37,802 nt of DNA, from the NCBI GenBank assembly GCA_035367355.1, contig DAOSJS010000002.1, forward strand, positions 1 through 37,802, in the 5' to 3' direction. The DNA comes from Candidatus Hydrogenedentota bacterium. GTDB lineage: Bacteria; Hydrogenedentota; Hydrogenedentia; Hydrogenedentales; SLHB01. Position 1 is the first letter of the stretch. Each line of letters begins with the position of its first letter. The position numbers and the translations under genes are program-made. Below the pieces are notes generated by a model. The model ran no database searches. It had not been told where the DNA came from and worked only from the letters and a program-made list of their open reading frames with translations. Shown here piece by piece: positions 17,776-26,423 of the stretch.

Positions 17776-18387
17776 TTACTCGATGATAGTGAACTTGTCC
17801 GTTCCCATGACCCGCGAGGAGGCGGTTTCGATGACCTGCTGCACGATGACGTCGCCGGGTTCGAGGCTGTCGAGCGCTTTGAACTGGACGGCGCTCACCC
17901 AGGTGCCGTCTTCCCGCGTGAAGCTTTTGGTGCCGATTTCGGCAACAACCCGTCCGCCCTGCATCAGGCTGCGCGATTCGCGAACGGTTGTGCCGCCCGA
18001 AGGTGTCCCGAGCAGGGCATACTGAATCGACGCCTCGAGCATGTCGCCCCGCCTGATTTGCGTCGGCAGCACGCTGACGTTCTCGAGCTTGAGCATCTCG
18101 CCTTGTGCCGGCTGGTAATCGTAGGCTTTGGCCGTCTCTTCGGGCGTCCGGGTGCGGCGTGCGCGGACGTCACTGGCGACGGCGCCCGCGGCCGCGCCAA
18201 CCAGGCCGCCGATCACCGCACCTTCGCCCGCATGCCCGGATTGATGGCCGATAATCGCGCCGGTGCCCGCACCCAGGGCGCCGCCAAGAGCTGCCCCGCG
18301 CGGCACTGTCTCGCATCCGCAAACCACTATGGCGAGCGCAAGCCCAAGCGCCCCAATAATTGAGGTTTTCCGCTTCATCCTTTGCAT
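17776..18387 (-). CDS. glycine-zipper outer-membrane-type lipoprotein
   Basis: Signal plus lipobox (IIGALGLALAIVVCGC), followed by a glycine-zipper segment GGALGAGTGAIIGHQSGHAGEGAVIGGLVGAAAGAVA as in 17-kDa antigen/SlyB-like lipoproteins, then a ~110-aa beta-rich C-terminal domain. Confidence 0.7.
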   Translation of the reverse strand: MQRMKRKTSIIGALGLALAIVVCGCETVPRGAALGGALGAGTGAIIGHQSGHAGEGAVIGGLVGAAAGAVASDVRARRTRTPEETAKAYDYQPAQGEMLKLENVSVLPTQIRRGDMLEASIQYALLGTPSGGTTVRESRSLMQGGRVVAEIGTKSFTREDGTWVSAVQFKALDSLEPGDVIVQQVIETASSRVMGTDKFTIIE

Positions 18388-18423
18388 CCTTTCACAGATT
18401 TATGCTCTCGCTTAATCACGCTC

Positions 18424-18452
18424 ATTATACGTTGAATCCAGACGCACGCCAA
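18424..18452 (-). promoter_or_regulatory. candidate sigma70-type promoter for the glycine-zipper lipoprotein gene
   Basis: On the minus strand, TTGGCG (18452-18447), 17-nt spacer, TATAAT (18429-18424). About 30 nt upstream of ATG 18387, which has an AAAGGA SD. Confidence 0.45.
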
Positions 18453-18473
18453 GCATTTCTATTTAATCCAAAC

Positions 18474-19181
18474 CTATGGGTTGGTGCCCCATATGTCCAT
18501 ATCGCGAAACAGAGTGCGCCCCGGCAGGGCGGCCAGATGCACGACCGTGGCCGCCAGGTCCGCGGCATGCAAATGCAGGCCTGAGCCTTCTTTCCGCCCG
18601 TGATCAACGCTGGTATCCACGCTGCTGGGATTCAACACCATAACCCGGACATTGGATTTCCGGACCTCGTAGAGCAAGGCCTGGGCGAAGCCCTGGAGGC
18701 CAAACTTGGATGCCGCGTAAGCCGCTGCGTTCGGGTCGCCTTTTTTACCGCTCATCGAGCTGATGATGAAAATGTCGCCGCGCTTCCGTTCGAGCATTCC
18801 GGGTAGGAACGCCTGGGTGGTCAGAAATACTCCCGTCAGGTTCGTTTCGATGACTTCGTTCCAGTCGGCCAGGGCCATGTTCACGACAGGTCCGCCGCGA
18901 AATAACCCCGCATTGTTGACGAGGATGTCGGGAACGCCCAGGGCATTGATCACAGCGGCAGCCATCGCCGAAATGGCTTCCGGGTCGCGCTGATCACAGA
19001 TCTGAGGCAGGCAGCCGGGTCCCAGTTCACGAGCAACCGCTTCGAGCGTCTCCCGGTTGCGGCCGGTGATGGCGACCGTTGCTCCGGCGTCACACAGGGC
19101 CCGTGCGATGTGCCGGCCGATACCCCGGCTGGCGCCGGTCACTACAGCCCGTTTCCCGCTGAGCGGACCGCTCGTTGTCAT
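18474..19181 (-). CDS. short-chain dehydrogenase/reductase (classical SDR)
   Basis: ORF trimmed to ATG 19181. Motifs TGASRGIG (TGxxxGxG), NNAG and YAASKFGLQG (YxxxK). The start overlaps the upstream stop by 4 nt (ATGA). Confidence 0.88.
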   Translation of the reverse strand: MTTSGPLSGKRAVVTGASRGIGRHIARALCDAGATVAITGRNRETLEAVARELGPGCLPQICDQRDPEAISAMAAAVINALGVPDILVNNAGLFRGGPVVNMALADWNEVIETNLTGVFLTTQAFLPGMLERKRGDIFIISSMSGKKGDPNAAAYAASKFGLQGFAQALLYEVRKSNVRVMVLNPSSVDTSVDHGRKEGSGLHLHAADLAATVVHLAALPGRTLFRDMDIWGTNP

Positions 19182-20026
19182 GGCTGGGCCGTCCCGGTGG
19201 CGCTGCCACTGGTTTTCAACGCAGTGATGAAATCGTCCACATCGTAGACAAACCCGAACGCGAGCGCCACGCGCCACAGCGCCAGCTCCTTGCACCACTG
19301 GTCGCGGGCAGAGGCTTTGTTCTCGACCGCCGCCGTGGCCTGCCGGAACGCGCTGCAGGTGACGCCGTACTGGTAGGTCATCTCGGCCATGCCTCCGGGA
19401 GACAGCAGGAGGCACCAGTTGATCGCAAACCCCATGTAGATGAGGTGCGTGATGTTGTGGGCGCGGCACAGACCATAGAGTTGCGGGCCATTCTCCGCCA
19501 CGCCCTCGTCTCCCTGGGGATGGGCATGCGGACCGAAATCGATGCGGGAAAAACCCCGTTGAATGTCTGGCACGTTGTGTGGCCGGGGGTATCCGTGCTC
19601 GTTTTTGTAGCCGAGCGCCGTCTGCAGGACCGGGTCGGGCGCGATCTTTTCTACCGTGTTTTCCTGGCGCGGCGCCAGTTCAGCCGCGCGCTCGTATCCC
19701 GGCAGGTGTTTGTAATAGTCGCCTCCCGCTACAACATGAAACAGCGGCATGGGTGAGCGGCGAACCGCCTCCAGCAGCGGCGGGAACGTCGTCTCCATGA
19801 TCGCATTTGCCCGCACAATGTACGGCACCACCCGCCACCAGCCGGGGAACTGGTCAGGTGAGGTGCCGGCGTCCCAGGCATGCATGACCACGACCGCCGT
19901 GTTATCCAGCGACAGATCGAGGTTTGCCCTTTTCCAACCGCCAAACGCTTCCTCAGGCACATCGAGCGTGAAATCCGCGTCGCCATGCTGATAAAACCAC
20001 GTCGGCACCGTCACCGTTGTTGCCAT
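19178..20026 (-). CDS. isochorismatase-like cysteine hydrolase family protein (atypically long)
   Basis: Strand pattern TAVVVMHAWD (Asp-containing first strand) and HLIYMGFAINWCLL (nucleophile-Cys strand) fit the isochorismatase/CSHase fold. 282 aa versus the usual 180-230 aa. GGAGAT SD upstream. Confidence 0.65.
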   Translation of the reverse strand: MATTVTVPTWFYQHGDADFTLDVPEEAFGGWKRANLDLSLDNTAVVVMHAWDAGTSPDQFPGWWRVVPYIVRANAIMETTFPPLLEAVRRSPMPLFHVVAGGDYYKHLPGYERAAELAPRQENTVEKIAPDPVLQTALGYKNEHGYPRPHNVPDIQRGFSRIDFGPHAHPQGDEGVAENGPQLYGLCRAHNITHLIYMGFAINWCLLLSPGGMAEMTYQYGVTCSAFRQATAAVENKASARDQWCKELALWRVALAFGFVYDVDDFITALKTSGSATGTAQP

Positions 20027-20156
20027 TCCATTGATCTCCTGGAACCTGGGTTTCTGGAGGCCTCTGTATCATGAAACATCCGGCATCTACGCCGCAACCG
20101 CCCCGAATACGCGGTGTCTGGCGCGGTCTTTCCCGCGGAAACCGGCGGCTGAGGCG

Positions 20157-20927
20157 TTACGCCTCGTTAATGGCCTCTTTGAGGCGGCGGATGGCCTTGG
20201 GGATGTCAGGAAACCCCCAGACATTGCGGCCCATGGTGGCGCCGGCGGCGCCGGTCTCTCCAACGTCACGGGCAAGTGCGACAGCATCGCCGAAGCTGTC
20301 ACAGCGGGGCCCGCCGGCCGAGACCACCGGTACGGGGATGTCCGCCACGATGTCGCGAAACGATGCGACATCGCCCGTATACGGCACCTTGACCACGTCG
20401 GCGCCCATTTCAAATCCCACCCGCGCTGCATAGTGCACGTGCTCGGGGTCATGCACGATCGCATGTTTTTCATCGCCGCTCTCGAGGGGATAGATGTGCG
20501 GGATTACCGGCAGCCCGAACGGCGCCGCGCAGCGCACCACCTCCGCCAGATGCCGCAGGTAGTCCAGTTCCGTCTCTCCGTAGACAAACATGGCCACGGC
20601 GATGGCGTCGGCCCCCAGCCCCAGGGTCTCCTCAACGGTTGCGGTGTCCGCGAAGCTCGGTTCATGCGGGCGCAGCGCCATCGACTGGATGATCAGGGGT
20701 ACGCGCCCCGCGTACGGCGCCATGAGGCGGAGTGCGGGGCCTTTGTTCATGGTTACCGCATCCGGATCTCCCGCGATAACCTGTTCGAGCGTCGAGGCCA
20801 TCCGGCGCAGTTCCAGGGGGAATTTCTCCGGATAGTTGATCATGTGGTCCACCGCGACGGTAAGTACGCGCCGCGTTCTTCCGGCGAGAATGCGGTTCAG
20901 TCGGGTCGCTTTTCCCAGTTCGCTCAC
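20157..20927 (-). CDS. class I aldolase, DhnA/FbaB (DeoC/LacD superfamily) type
   Basis: Family pattern RLNRIL...LTVAVDH, GADAIAV, Schiff-base lysine context GADVVKVPYTG, and C-terminal GATMGRNVW phosphate-binding motif. Confidence 0.82.
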   Translation of the reverse strand: MSELGKATRLNRILAGRTRRVLTVAVDHMINYPEKFPLELRRMASTLEQVIAGDPDAVTMNKGPALRLMAPYAGRVPLIIQSMALRPHEPSFADTATVEETLGLGADAIAVAMFVYGETELDYLRHLAEVVRCAAPFGLPVIPHIYPLESGDEKHAIVHDPEHVHYAARVGFEMGADVVKVPYTGDVASFRDIVADIPVPVVSAGGPRCDSFGDAVALARDVGETGAAGATMGRNVWGFPDIPKAIRRLKEAINEA

Positions 20928-21041
20928 GGTATCTGTCTGCCTTTCTTTGACTTATTCGCCTGAAACGGGCCTATGGTACGGCACCTGCGGCCCATTCTCA
21001 AAACGGATTAATATCTTTTGTTTGAAAGGAGTTGCCAACGT

Positions 21042-21056
21042 ATCTGCCGGGCAGAT
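21042..21056. promoter_or_regulatory. 15-bp palindrome (candidate operator) between the divergent aldolase operon and CBS gene
   Basis: ATCTGCC-G-GGCAGAT: perfect 7-bp arms around one central base. Confidence 0.3.
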
Positions 21057-21102
21057 CCAGGGGGCTTGCCTTGAACAGAACCCCGCTCCCGGGCGGTTTC
21101 CG

Positions 21103-21111
21103 TGTTATACT
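21103..21111 (+). promoter_or_regulatory. candidate extended -10 element for the CBS gene
   Basis: TGTTATACT (TGn + TATACT) about 70 nt upstream of ATG 21181. No good -35 element. Confidence 0.3.
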
Positions 21112-21180
21112 GAAAGCCAGCACGCGAATACAGTCAACAGCGCACACGGACCCTCTGGGCAAAGCCAGAAGGAGGGAGCC

Positions 21181-21747
21181 ATGGTGGCAGTACCTGTAGC
21201 ACGCGACATCATGAAAACGACGATCCGCGTCGTGCATCCCGACATGAGCGTCTTGGCCGCGATGCACACACTCCACAGCAAAGGCGAAAACGCCGCCATG
21301 GTTGTGGATGATGATTTCCGGCTGGTGGGCATTTTGACGGAAAAGGACTGCCTGCGCGTTCTGCTCGGTGAAATGTACGACCGGTTTCAAGAGATTGGCC
21401 GCGCGCTGGTGGCCGATTTCATGTCTCCTGTAGTCGAAACACTGACACCGGGGATGGACCTGTTTACTATCGCAACCGTGTTTCTCCGGACGAATTTCAC
21501 GGCGCTCCCCGTGCTGGATGAAGAAATTCTGACCGGCGCCGTGTATCGTCTCAGCATGCTGGCGGCGATCGTAGACATGGTCAAACGCGCAGAAGCCGGA
21601 CACGCCCTGTTTCTCGAAAAGATCAAAATGACGGAATATCCGCAATCAATACAGGATCTGCTGCGCCTCGCGGGCGGCCACAGCCGTCAGCAGCTGAAAG
21701 AGGTGTTCAGCCGCCGGCATTGTCCGCCGCCTGAAGATCTGTGCTGA
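21181..21747 (+). CDS. CBS domain pair protein
   Basis: ORF trimmed to ATG 21181 (AGGAGGGAG SD). Two CBS repeats: ARDIMKTTIRVVHPDMSVLAAMHTLHSKGENAAMVVDDDFRLVGILTEKD and VADFMSPVVETLTPGMDLFTIATVFLRTNFTALPVLDEE. Confidence 0.85.
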   Translation: MVAVPVARDIMKTTIRVVHPDMSVLAAMHTLHSKGENAAMVVDDDFRLVGILTEKDCLRVLLGEMYDRFQEIGRALVADFMSPVVETLTPGMDLFTIATVFLRTNFTALPVLDEEILTGAVYRLSMLAAIVDMVKRAEAGHALFLEKIKMTEYPQSIQDLLRLAGGHSRQQLKEVFSRRHCPPPEDLC

Positions 21748-22245
21748 GGCCCGCCGGCACGTACCGCCCTGCCGCTGCCGGGCGGCAAGGCAGCGCAGAA
21801 CAATTCGACGCCCGGGCTCGACGGTGCGCTGCTCGGTTCGCTCGGCCTCTACCCGCCAGTGAGCGTGCTGCTCGAACCACCGCCTGCCTGCCATGGGAGG
21901 CAGGATGTGCAGAAATCGCAGATTGCACAGTTCTTCTTGAGCAAACTTCTCGAAAATGCGCTAAAGTGTGTCCCAAGAAACATTTCTCGACTCTCAATGG
22001 TTCTGCCTATGGTGGCGTAAGGCACGGTTTTCGCTCTGTTTAAGGCAGGGTGGCGATGGGGGTTTCGTGGTAAGGCTGCTGCGGACATCGAGTTGCCTTG
22101 AATACCGGCGGCGTTTCCGGCAGAAACGGCGTCCGTGGCGGGAGGGGGCGGTCAATCCACAGTCTGTGCGATCGGAACAACGAAGACAGGGCACGGTGCG
22201 CCCATCCGGGCTGTGCGGCCCAGGGGCGGCAAAGGCGGAGAAGAC

Positions 22246-25089
22246 ATGGCCAATCCTGAAACCGAACTGAGCAGCTTGAGTCTGGAGTTCATGGAGGGCC
22301 TCTACGAGCAGTATCTCGACCAACCGGATTCGATTCCAGCGGATTGGCGGGAGTATTTCAGGCGCCTCTCGGATAATGGAGATTTTACCCCGGCGCCTGC
22401 CGTGCCCCAGGATACCTGCGTGCGACGCCGATGGTTTCAATCCGACTGGGAAGAGGCCATCAAATGCCAGATCTGCGGACGCGACATCAATCTGGCAGCG
22501 ATGCAGCATAAGGTGGATAAGCTTGTCCGCAACTACCGGGTCCGCGGGCACCGTGTCGCGCAGGTGGATCCCCTGAGGTCGCCGGTACCGGAACTGGAAG
22601 AACTCGACCCGGCCTATTTCGGATTTTCCGACCATGACATGGATCTGCCGTTTTCCACAACCACCCTGACGGAAGAAGACACCCTGAGCCTCGCCGAAAT
22701 CATCGAGCGGCTGCGCAACACCTACTGCCGGTCTATCGGCGTGCAGTTCATGCATATCGATGACTTGGATCTCCGCGAATGGCTGCAGGAGCGTATGGAG
22801 CGGACCGAAAACCGCATTGCGCTCAGCCGCAACGAGCAGATCCGCATTTTGACGCGGCTCACGGACGCGGTCATTTTCGAGGAATTCATCCAGAAGAAAT
22901 ACGTGGGCGCCAAGCGTTTTTCACTCGAAGGAGCGGAAAGCCTCATCCCCTTGCTCGATATGGCCATCGAGAAGGCCGGCCAGTACAAGATCGACGAGAT
23001 CGTCATCGGCATGGCGCACCGGGGCCGCCTCAACGTCCTCACCAATATCCTCGGGAAGAGTCCCGGCCGCATTTTCCGCGAATTTGATGACGAAGACCCG
23101 GAACTCCACATAGGCCGTGGCGACGTCAAATACCATCTCGGCCACCATTCCGACTGGACCACGGAAGCGGGCCACACGCTTCATCTGGCACTGTGCTTTA
23201 ACCCCAGCCACCTGGAATTCGTGAACCCTGTCGCCATGGGCCGGGTGCGCGCCAAGCAGGACCGCCTCGGCGACGTGCGCCGCGAAGGGGGGATGTGCCT
23301 CCTGATTCATGGCGACGCCGCGTTCGCAGGCGAAGGCATCGTGCAGGAATCGCTGAATCTGTCCCAACTCGAAGGATACCGTATCGGAGGCACGATCCAT
23401 GTCGTGGTGAACAATCAGATCGGGTTCACGACCGTGCCTTCCGAAGGGCGCTCGAGCGTCTACGCGACGGACGTCGCCAAGATGCTTCAGATCCCGATTT
23501 TTCACGTCAACGGCGAAGATCCGGAAGCGGTCGCCCAGGTGATTGACCTGGCGATGGAATTTCGGCGGAAATTCCAGCGGGATGTTGTGATCGACATGTA
23601 TTGCTACCGCAGGCATGGCCACAACGAAACCGATGAGCCTGCATTCACCCAGCCGCTGCTTTACGCGAAAATCAACCGGCGCCGCTCCGTGCGTGAAGGC
23701 TATCTGGAACACCTGCTGAAACTCGGCGGGATCTCCCGGGAAGAGGCCGATGAGATCGCAGAACGCCGGCGCGCGGTTCTTGAAAAAGAGTTCACGGCTT
23801 CCCGAAGCAAGGAAGAAGAACAGGCGCGCGAGGAACGCAAACGCAACCCCAAACGCAAGAGCGTGCTGGGCGTCCTCTGGTCTCGATATTTTGGCGGTCC
23901 CGAGAAAAACGCGCCCAACCCCGACACGGGGGTCGCGCGAGACACGCTCGTGTCGCATCTCGAGGCGCTGACCGTGCTTCCCGACGGTTTTCACGTACAT
24001 CCCAAGGCCCGGCGCCTCCTGACTGCGCGTAAGGCCATGGCCGCGGGCAAGCAGCCGCTCGACTGGGCCGCCGGCGAGGCACTGGCCTACGCCTCCCTGG
24101 CTGCCGAGGGTGTGCGCGTGCGCATGAGCGGCCAGGACTCGCAGCGCGGCACGTTCAGCCACCGGCACGCTGTACTGGTGGATACGGTCGACGGGCGTGC
24201 CTACATGCCGCTGCAACATATCACTCCGGAACAGGGGCCGGTCGACATCGTCAACAGCCCTTTGTCGGAAGCGGGCGTCCTGGGTTTTGAATACGGCTAC
24301 AGTTCGGCGTATCCCGACGGTCTTGTGCTGTGGGAAGCCCAGTTTGGCGATTTTGCCAATGCGGCGCAGGTACTGATTGACCAGGGCATCACGAGCGCCG
24401 AAGACAAGTGGGGCGCTCTCTCGGGACTCGTCCTGCTGCTGCCGCATGGATTCGAGGGAATGGGCCCCGAGCATTCGAGCGCGCGCCTGGAGCGGTTCCT
24501 GATGCTCGGCGCGGAGGACAACATCCAGGTCGTGTACCCGACGACACCGGCGCAATTTTTTCATTGCCTGCGCCGCCAGGTTCACCGGCCGTGGCGGAAA
24601 CCCCTTATTGTGATGACCCCCAAAAGTCTGCTGCGGCATCCGAAAGTCGTGTCGCCGCTCGAGGATCTGGCGCGGGGCCGGTTTCGGCACATTCTGCCCG
24701 ATGAGATGGGTATTCCAGGCGATCGGGTGAAACGCGTGCTCCTGTGCAGCGGCAAAATCTATTATGAGCTCGTCGAGGAGCGCGCGGCGCGCGGGCGCGA
24801 TGACGTCGCTATCGTGCGGGTTGAGCAATTGTTTCCCCTGCACGAGGAATACCTCGAAGAAGTCCTGCGGGACTATCCCGCAGAGACGGATATGGTCTGG
24901 GTGCAGGAAGAACCGCAGAATATGGGGGCGTGGTGGCTGTGGCGTGTCCGCTTCTGCGACCGGCTGCTCGGCCGTTGGCCGTTGCGCGGCGTGTATCGCG
25001 CGCCTTCAGCGAGTCCCGCGACCGGCTCGGCCGCGAGCCACCGGCTTGAACAGCGCCTGCTCCTTGATGAGGCCTTCGCGGATCTATGA
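22246..25089 (+). CDS. sucA: 2-oxoglutarate dehydrogenase E1 component
   Basis: ORF trimmed to ATG 22246. 947 aa with the typical E1o sequence throughout: RGHRVAQVDPL, IGMAHRGRLNVL, HGDAAFAGEGIV, YRRHGHNETDEP, GQDSQRGTFSHRH, LLLPHGFEGMGPEHSSARLERFL. Confidence 0.95.
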   Translation: MANPETELSSLSLEFMEGLYEQYLDQPDSIPADWREYFRRLSDNGDFTPAPAVPQDTCVRRRWFQSDWEEAIKCQICGRDINLAAMQHKVDKLVRNYRVRGHRVAQVDPLRSPVPELEELDPAYFGFSDHDMDLPFSTTTLTEEDTLSLAEIIERLRNTYCRSIGVQFMHIDDLDLREWLQERMERTENRIALSRNEQIRILTRLTDAVIFEEFIQKKYVGAKRFSLEGAESLIPLLDMAIEKAGQYKIDEIVIGMAHRGRLNVLTNILGKSPGRIFREFDDEDPELHIGRGDVKYHLGHHSDWTTEAGHTLHLALCFNPSHLEFVNPVAMGRVRAKQDRLGDVRREGGMCLLIHGDAAFAGEGIVQESLNLSQLEGYRIGGTIHVVVNNQIGFTTVPSEGRSSVYATDVAKMLQIPIFHVNGEDPEAVAQVIDLAMEFRRKFQRDVVIDMYCYRRHGHNETDEPAFTQPLLYAKINRRRSVREGYLEHLLKLGGISREEADEIAERRRAVLEKEFTASRSKEEEQAREERKRNPKRKSVLGVLWSRYFGGPEKNAPNPDTGVARDTLVSHLEALTVLPDGFHVHPKARRLLTARKAMAAGKQPLDWAAGEALAYASLAAEGVRVRMSGQDSQRGTFSHRHAVLVDTVDGRAYMPLQHITPEQGPVDIVNSPLSEAGVLGFEYGYSSAYPDGLVLWEAQFGDFANAAQVLIDQGITSAEDKWGALSGLVLLLPHGFEGMGPEHSSARLERFLMLGAEDNIQVVYPTTPAQFFHCLRRQVHRPWRKPLIVMTPKSLLRHPKVVSPLEDLARGRFRHILPDEMGIPGDRVKRVLLCSGKIYYELVEERAARGRDDVAIVRVEQLFPLHEEYLEEVLRDYPAETDMVWVQEEPQNMGAWWLWRVRFCDRLLGRWPLRGVYRAPSASPATGSAASHRLEQRLLLDEAFADL

Positions 25090-25148
25090 TGACGCGGACG
25101 GGCCTGTGGCATACAGCAGCAGCAGCGCGATGAAGGAGAAGTAGTTTT

Positions 25149-26360
25149 ATGGCGACTGACGTGCAGGTTCCAGCGCTGGGTGAATCCATCTCGGAGGTTC
25201 AGATTGCCCGCTGGCTGAAGGCTCCGGGAGAATACGTAAAACAGGACGAGCCCGTTGTCGAAATCGATTCCGACAAGGCCACTCTCGAAGTTCCCGCCCC
25301 CGTGGCGGGCCTCCTGGCTGAAGTGCTCGTCAACGAAGGCGAGAACGCCAGCGTGGGAGACGTCATCGCCCGCATCGACGAAACCGCGCCAGTTCCGGCC
25401 CCGGTCGAAGGGCCCCGCCCGCCTGCAGCAGTCGAGGAGAGCCCGCCGCGCGCCGATGAAAAGGCCGTGGTGAAAAAAGAGCAGCGTGTGATGCCTGCGG
25501 CGAAACGCGCCCTGGCGGAGCGCGGGCTCGACCCCAATGCAGTCAAACCGACAGGGCGGGGCGGGCGCGTCCTGAAGGAAGATGTCCTCCAGCATTCTGA
25601 AAAAGCGCCAGCGCCCGAGCCCGCGGCGTCGCCGGTCGGAGGAATTGTCACCGGAGCGCAGCGCCGCGAAAAGTTGCGCCCGATCACGCCGATGCGCCGC
25701 CGCATCGCGGAACGGCTCGTACAGGCGCAGCAGACGGCCGCGTTGCTCACCACGTTCAACGAGATTGACATGTCCGCAGTGATCGCGCTGCGAAAGGAAC
25801 ATCAGGAGTCGTTCGTGGCGAAGCACGGCGTGAAGCTCGGATTCATGTCGTTTTTCGTGAAAGCCGTGGTCACGGCGCTCCGGGAATTTCCCGGTGTCAA
25901 CGCGCAGTTCCGCGATGATCAGCTCGTCGAATTCAACTATTACGACATCGGCATCGCCATCAGCAGCGGTAAAGGCCTGGTGGTGCCGGTTCTGCGCAAC
26001 GCCGAGCTGATGCGCTTTGCCGATATCGAGCGCGCCATCGCGGATTTCGGCGGCCGAGCACGCGACAACAAGATCGCGCTGGAGGAGCTGCAGGGCGGGA
26101 CGTTCACCATCACGAACGGCGGGGTGTTCGGCTCGCTTCTGTCCACGCCCATTGTGAATCCGCCGCAGACCGCCGTGCTGGGGATGCACGCCATCCAGGA
26201 ACGGCCGGTGGCAATCGGCGGCGAGGTCGTGATCCGGCCCATGATGTATGTCGCGCTGACCTATGACCACCGCATGGTCGATGGGCGGGAAGCCGTGACG
26301 TTTCTCGTGCGGGTCAAAGAATGTGTTGAGAATCCTGCGCGCCTGCTCCTGGATTTATAG
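25149..26360 (+). CDS. sucB: dihydrolipoyllysine-residue succinyltransferase (E2o)
   Basis: Single lipoyl domain with [15 protein letters not shown], an Ala/Pro linker, a peripheral-subunit-binding domain ([13 protein letters not shown]), and a catalytic domain ending in DHRMVDG. Strong GAAGGAGAAG SD. Confidence 0.95.
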   Translation: MATDVQVPALGESISEVQIARWLKAPGEYVKQDEPVVEIDSDKATLEVPAPVAGLLAEVLVNEGENASVGDVIARIDETAPVPAPVEGPRPPAAVEESPPRADEKAVVKKEQRVMPAAKRALAERGLDPNAVKPTGRGGRVLKEDVLQHSEKAPAPEPAASPVGGIVTGAQRREKLRPITPMRRRIAERLVQAQQTAALLTTFNEIDMSAVIALRKEHQESFVAKHGVKLGFMSFFVKAVVTALREFPGVNAQFRDDQLVEFNYYDIGIAISSGKGLVVPVLRNAELMRFADIERAIADFGGRARDNKIALEELQGGTFTITNGGVFGSLLSTPIVNPPQTAVLGMHAIQERPVAIGGEVVIRPMMYVALTYDHRMVDGREAVTFLVRVKECVENPARLLLDL

Positions 26361-26423
26361 TGCGCGAGCAGGCCGGACGGGCCGGCGGCGCCAGGCAACC
26401 ACGTGACAACGGAAGGAGACCCC

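Noticed and set aside
22921-26270. 640-aa and 465-aa minus-strand ORFs opposite sucA and sucB
   Set aside because: They are GC-driven antisense shadow ORFs. The plus strand encodes full-length E1o and E2o with all hallmark motifs, and the antisense products are low-complexity Arg/His/Gly/Ala-rich.
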